NCBI GenBank assembly: GCA_008632985.1
Contig: QPGO01000196.1
Location: forward strand, 1 to 64,000
Length of the DNA: 64,000 nucleotides
Origin: Psammoneis japonica
Taxonomy: Eukaryota
Direction of reading: 5' to 3'
The position numbers and the translations under genes are program-made. Of the stretch, positions 61,546 through 64,000 are shown in pieces. The notes beneath the pieces were generated by a model. It was not told where the DNA came from, did not search any database, and worked only from the letters and a program-made list of their open reading frames with translations. Position 1 is the first letter of the stretch. Each line of letters begins with the position of its first letter.

Positions 61546-61721
61546 TTTGTCAATAGACCTTTCTTCATTTCAAGTTTGACAGACAGACTGAACGTCAAGC
61601 GCATTTCGCTCGATTATTTCTCTGCAGCAATCATCAATCATCGCAGCGACAGCATTCACCATGTTGTTCTTATCACATAAGATGCCACACACGGATGCAC
61701 AAGCAAGAACAGCCACTCAGA

Positions 61722-62502
61722 ATGGGAATCAAAGAGCTGCTGAAGCAGGTCCCTGGAGGACACGACAAAAAAGCAAAATTCTCGTCCTTCACCAACCTCA
61801 GCAACCGGCAGACCCCGGTTCTTTTTTTGGACACCGGCACACTTGCATTTGTTTGCGCCGTTCGGCATCGTGAGCAATTTTGTGCTGGGAATTTTACTCC
61901 TTCCCTACAGGAATTTCATAAGTCGGTGTTTTTTTGCACTCTATACTTGGGTGGGATATCAAGCTGGTTTTCGATGGGGTTCCGCAGAAAGAGAAGGAAG
62001 CAGAGCATGCACGTCGGCACTCTGGGGAGAATGGGAGTACAGCGCCCAGAATTTCAGCTCTGTTCATTGCAATGTGTGCCAAAGTATGCGAACGCGGCTA
62101 CATTCCTTTTGTGGTCGCACCCGTGGAAGCTGACATGCAAGCCGGTCGGGAAACTTAGTCAGCGGTTGTATGATGTGCCATGACTCGGATCATGTTGGGT
62201 ACGGCGCAAGGAAGATTCTCATTGTAGACAGCTGGGGAAAGGAAGACCTCAGGTTAATTGATGTGGACACACTGCTCACAGATGATGTGGCAACCAACTA
62301 TCCACTTTATGCCGTGATCAAGCGACATGACGTAATTGTCGTGCACCGGTGGGCCGCCGTGATGGGCTGTGACGTGACGGAGAATGGGAGTGGAATCCGT
62401 GGCGTTGGACCTGATGGTGGATGTGAAAGCTTAACAACAGAGGATTTTGTGGCTGCTTTGTTGAATTGCTTGGTGGGCAATGCGGCATGTCAAGCAGGAT
62501 AA
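61722..62502 (+). pseudogene. XPG/FEN1/EXO1-family 5' nuclease, disrupted
   Basis: MGIKELL, LVFDG, FVVAPVEADMQ, DSD, MGCD and GIRGVGP occur in the correct order over frameshifted ORFs. Confidence 0.85.
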
Positions 62503-62584
62503 GGTCTATGCTATCACAAAGCCGTTGCAATGTGGACTCAGTGTCATCATTGGGGCGTCGGGCGACCCACTCCCAAACCAGCTG

Positions 62585-63215
62585 CTATCTCTGGGGGTGT
62601 GGAAATAAAAGTAACATCATTGGAAAGCTCTCATTCTGTAGATGGTGTTCTAGCTATTGATTGTGTCATAATTTTAAATCTTTCTAAAGCAACGCCTACT
62701 CAAGCAAAAGTCACTGGGATTCTGGCGCGCAAGTGCGGGGTCGGCAGGACATGTGGACGAGAATTCGGATCTGTTAGGGGCATGGAAATAAAAATAACAT
62801 CATCATAAAGCTCTCGTTCCGTAGATGATGTTATTGCCATTGATTGTGTTATAATTCCAGTTTTTGCTAAAGCAACGCCCACTCAAGCAAAACGCACTGG
62901 CATTTTGTGGCGCGCAAGTGCGGGGTCGGTAGGACATGTGGACGAGAATTCGGATCTGTTGGGGGTGTGGAAATAAAAATAACATCATTAGAAAGCTCTT
63001 GTTCTCCAGATGATGTCATTGCCATAGCTTGTGCCATAACTCCAAGTTCTTCTAAAGCAACGCCTGCTTGAGCAAAACGCACCAGGATTTTGGCGCGCAA
63101 CTGCGGGATCGTCGTGACATCTGGATGCCGATTCGGATCTGCTGGGGTCACAGAAATAAATGTCACAACATTGCAAAGCTTTCATTCTATAAATAATGTT
63201 TAATCCATTGTAGTT
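62585..63215. repeat. ~184-bp tandem repeat, about 3.5 diverged copies
   Basis: The anchor gaaataaa recurs at ~62602, 62785, 62970 and 63153. ctaaagcaacgcc and ggcgcgcaa..gcggg.tcg recur at the same spacing. Confidence 0.88.
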
Positions 63216-63239
63216 TACATCAAGCGCATCTGAATGGTG

Positions 63240-63295
63240 ACGGCTCGGGCGAGGAAGGCTCGGGCGTGGAAAGCTCAGGCGACAAAAGCTGAGTA
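63240..63295. repeat. ~16-bp minisatellite (aggctcgggcgNgga-like) x3-4
   Basis: cggctcgggcgaggaaggctcgggcgtggaaagctcaggcgacaaaagctgag. Confidence 0.6.
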
Positions 63296-64000
63296 AGAAC
63301 AATGCTAAAATAACACTGAGAACATTGCAGTGAATCTAGTTCACCCTTCAAATGCATAGAAGCGGTTCACATAAAAGCCATTCCAACTGTTTTTGTTGAG
63401 ATCCAAGTCAAGGTATCGTGCACAATGGACATGACGCGGTTACAGCATCCAGCACGCCGAACAATGAGGATGAGACGCGACATTGGTCACGCTCAACTGC
63501 AAGGATACGTGAAGAAACAATTCAAATGTGCCATGATAGACTGTAATTGTTGTGTAAAAGTCATTCCTGGTGATTTTGTTGAGTTCCATGCGGAGCTATC
63601 GTGAACAATCGTCTCGACGCGGTTCTGGCACGCCCCCGACCACAACGAGGGTGCGACGCGAGATTAATCACGCTCAACTGTAAGCCCAAATAAACAAATG
63701 ATTCAAATACACGACAATGTTCCACAATTGTCATGTACAAGCCATTCCAGGTGATTTTTGTTGAGTCCAAAGTCGAGCTTCAAGCTGCAGGCATCATGCA
63801 CCATCGACATGCGGTTCCCACTTCCCGCTGCGTGGTCGCTGAGGACAAGTCACCATCCACAACTCAATCCACATCACTCATAAAAGAAACAATGCTTCGA
63901 ACAATAGAGTGTCAACACCTTGCTCTACAACATGACACCACACAAACGACTGTGAGCAAGACAATGGCAGAGGCAACAACCCCAAAAACATCAAAACACG

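Noticed and set aside
62585..63295. Regularly spaced repeats as a possible CRISPR array
   Set aside because: Whole units are homologous with no unique spacers, no cas genes are present, and the context is eukaryotic.
63300..64000. Right-end sequence
   Set aside because: Only a short ORF; no motif, terminus or repeat I can support.

Overview
This window is eukaryotic, heterochromatin-like DNA made almost entirely of nested transposable elements; the copia sequences resemble diatom CoDi elements, so a diatom or other stramenopile host is inferred but not proven. It contains no intact host gene, rRNA, tRNA or CRISPR array. Target-site duplications (TSDs) and paired LTRs resolve three Ty3/Gypsy families (called A, B, C here), two Ty1/Copia families (A, B), four short non-autonomous TIR elements, and one large, probably Sola2-like DNA transposon with a convergent GNAT plus cysteine-peptidase-like cargo gene. 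An XPG/FEN1/EXO1-family pseudogene and a ~184-bp tandem repeat lie at the right end. The strongest candidates for undescribed biology are: (1) a directional TpA->TpG/CpA hypermutation of repeats (the reverse of fungal RIP) alongside CpG decay; (2) a perfect 12-nt palindrome in place of the tRNA primer-binding site in two gypsy families; (3) in-frame UGA readthrough between gag and pol in all three gypsy families; (4) a copia PBS complementary to a tRNA-Asn anticodon arm; and (5) the acetyltransferase/peptidase cargo gene. All domain calls come from motif recognition by eye, without database searches.
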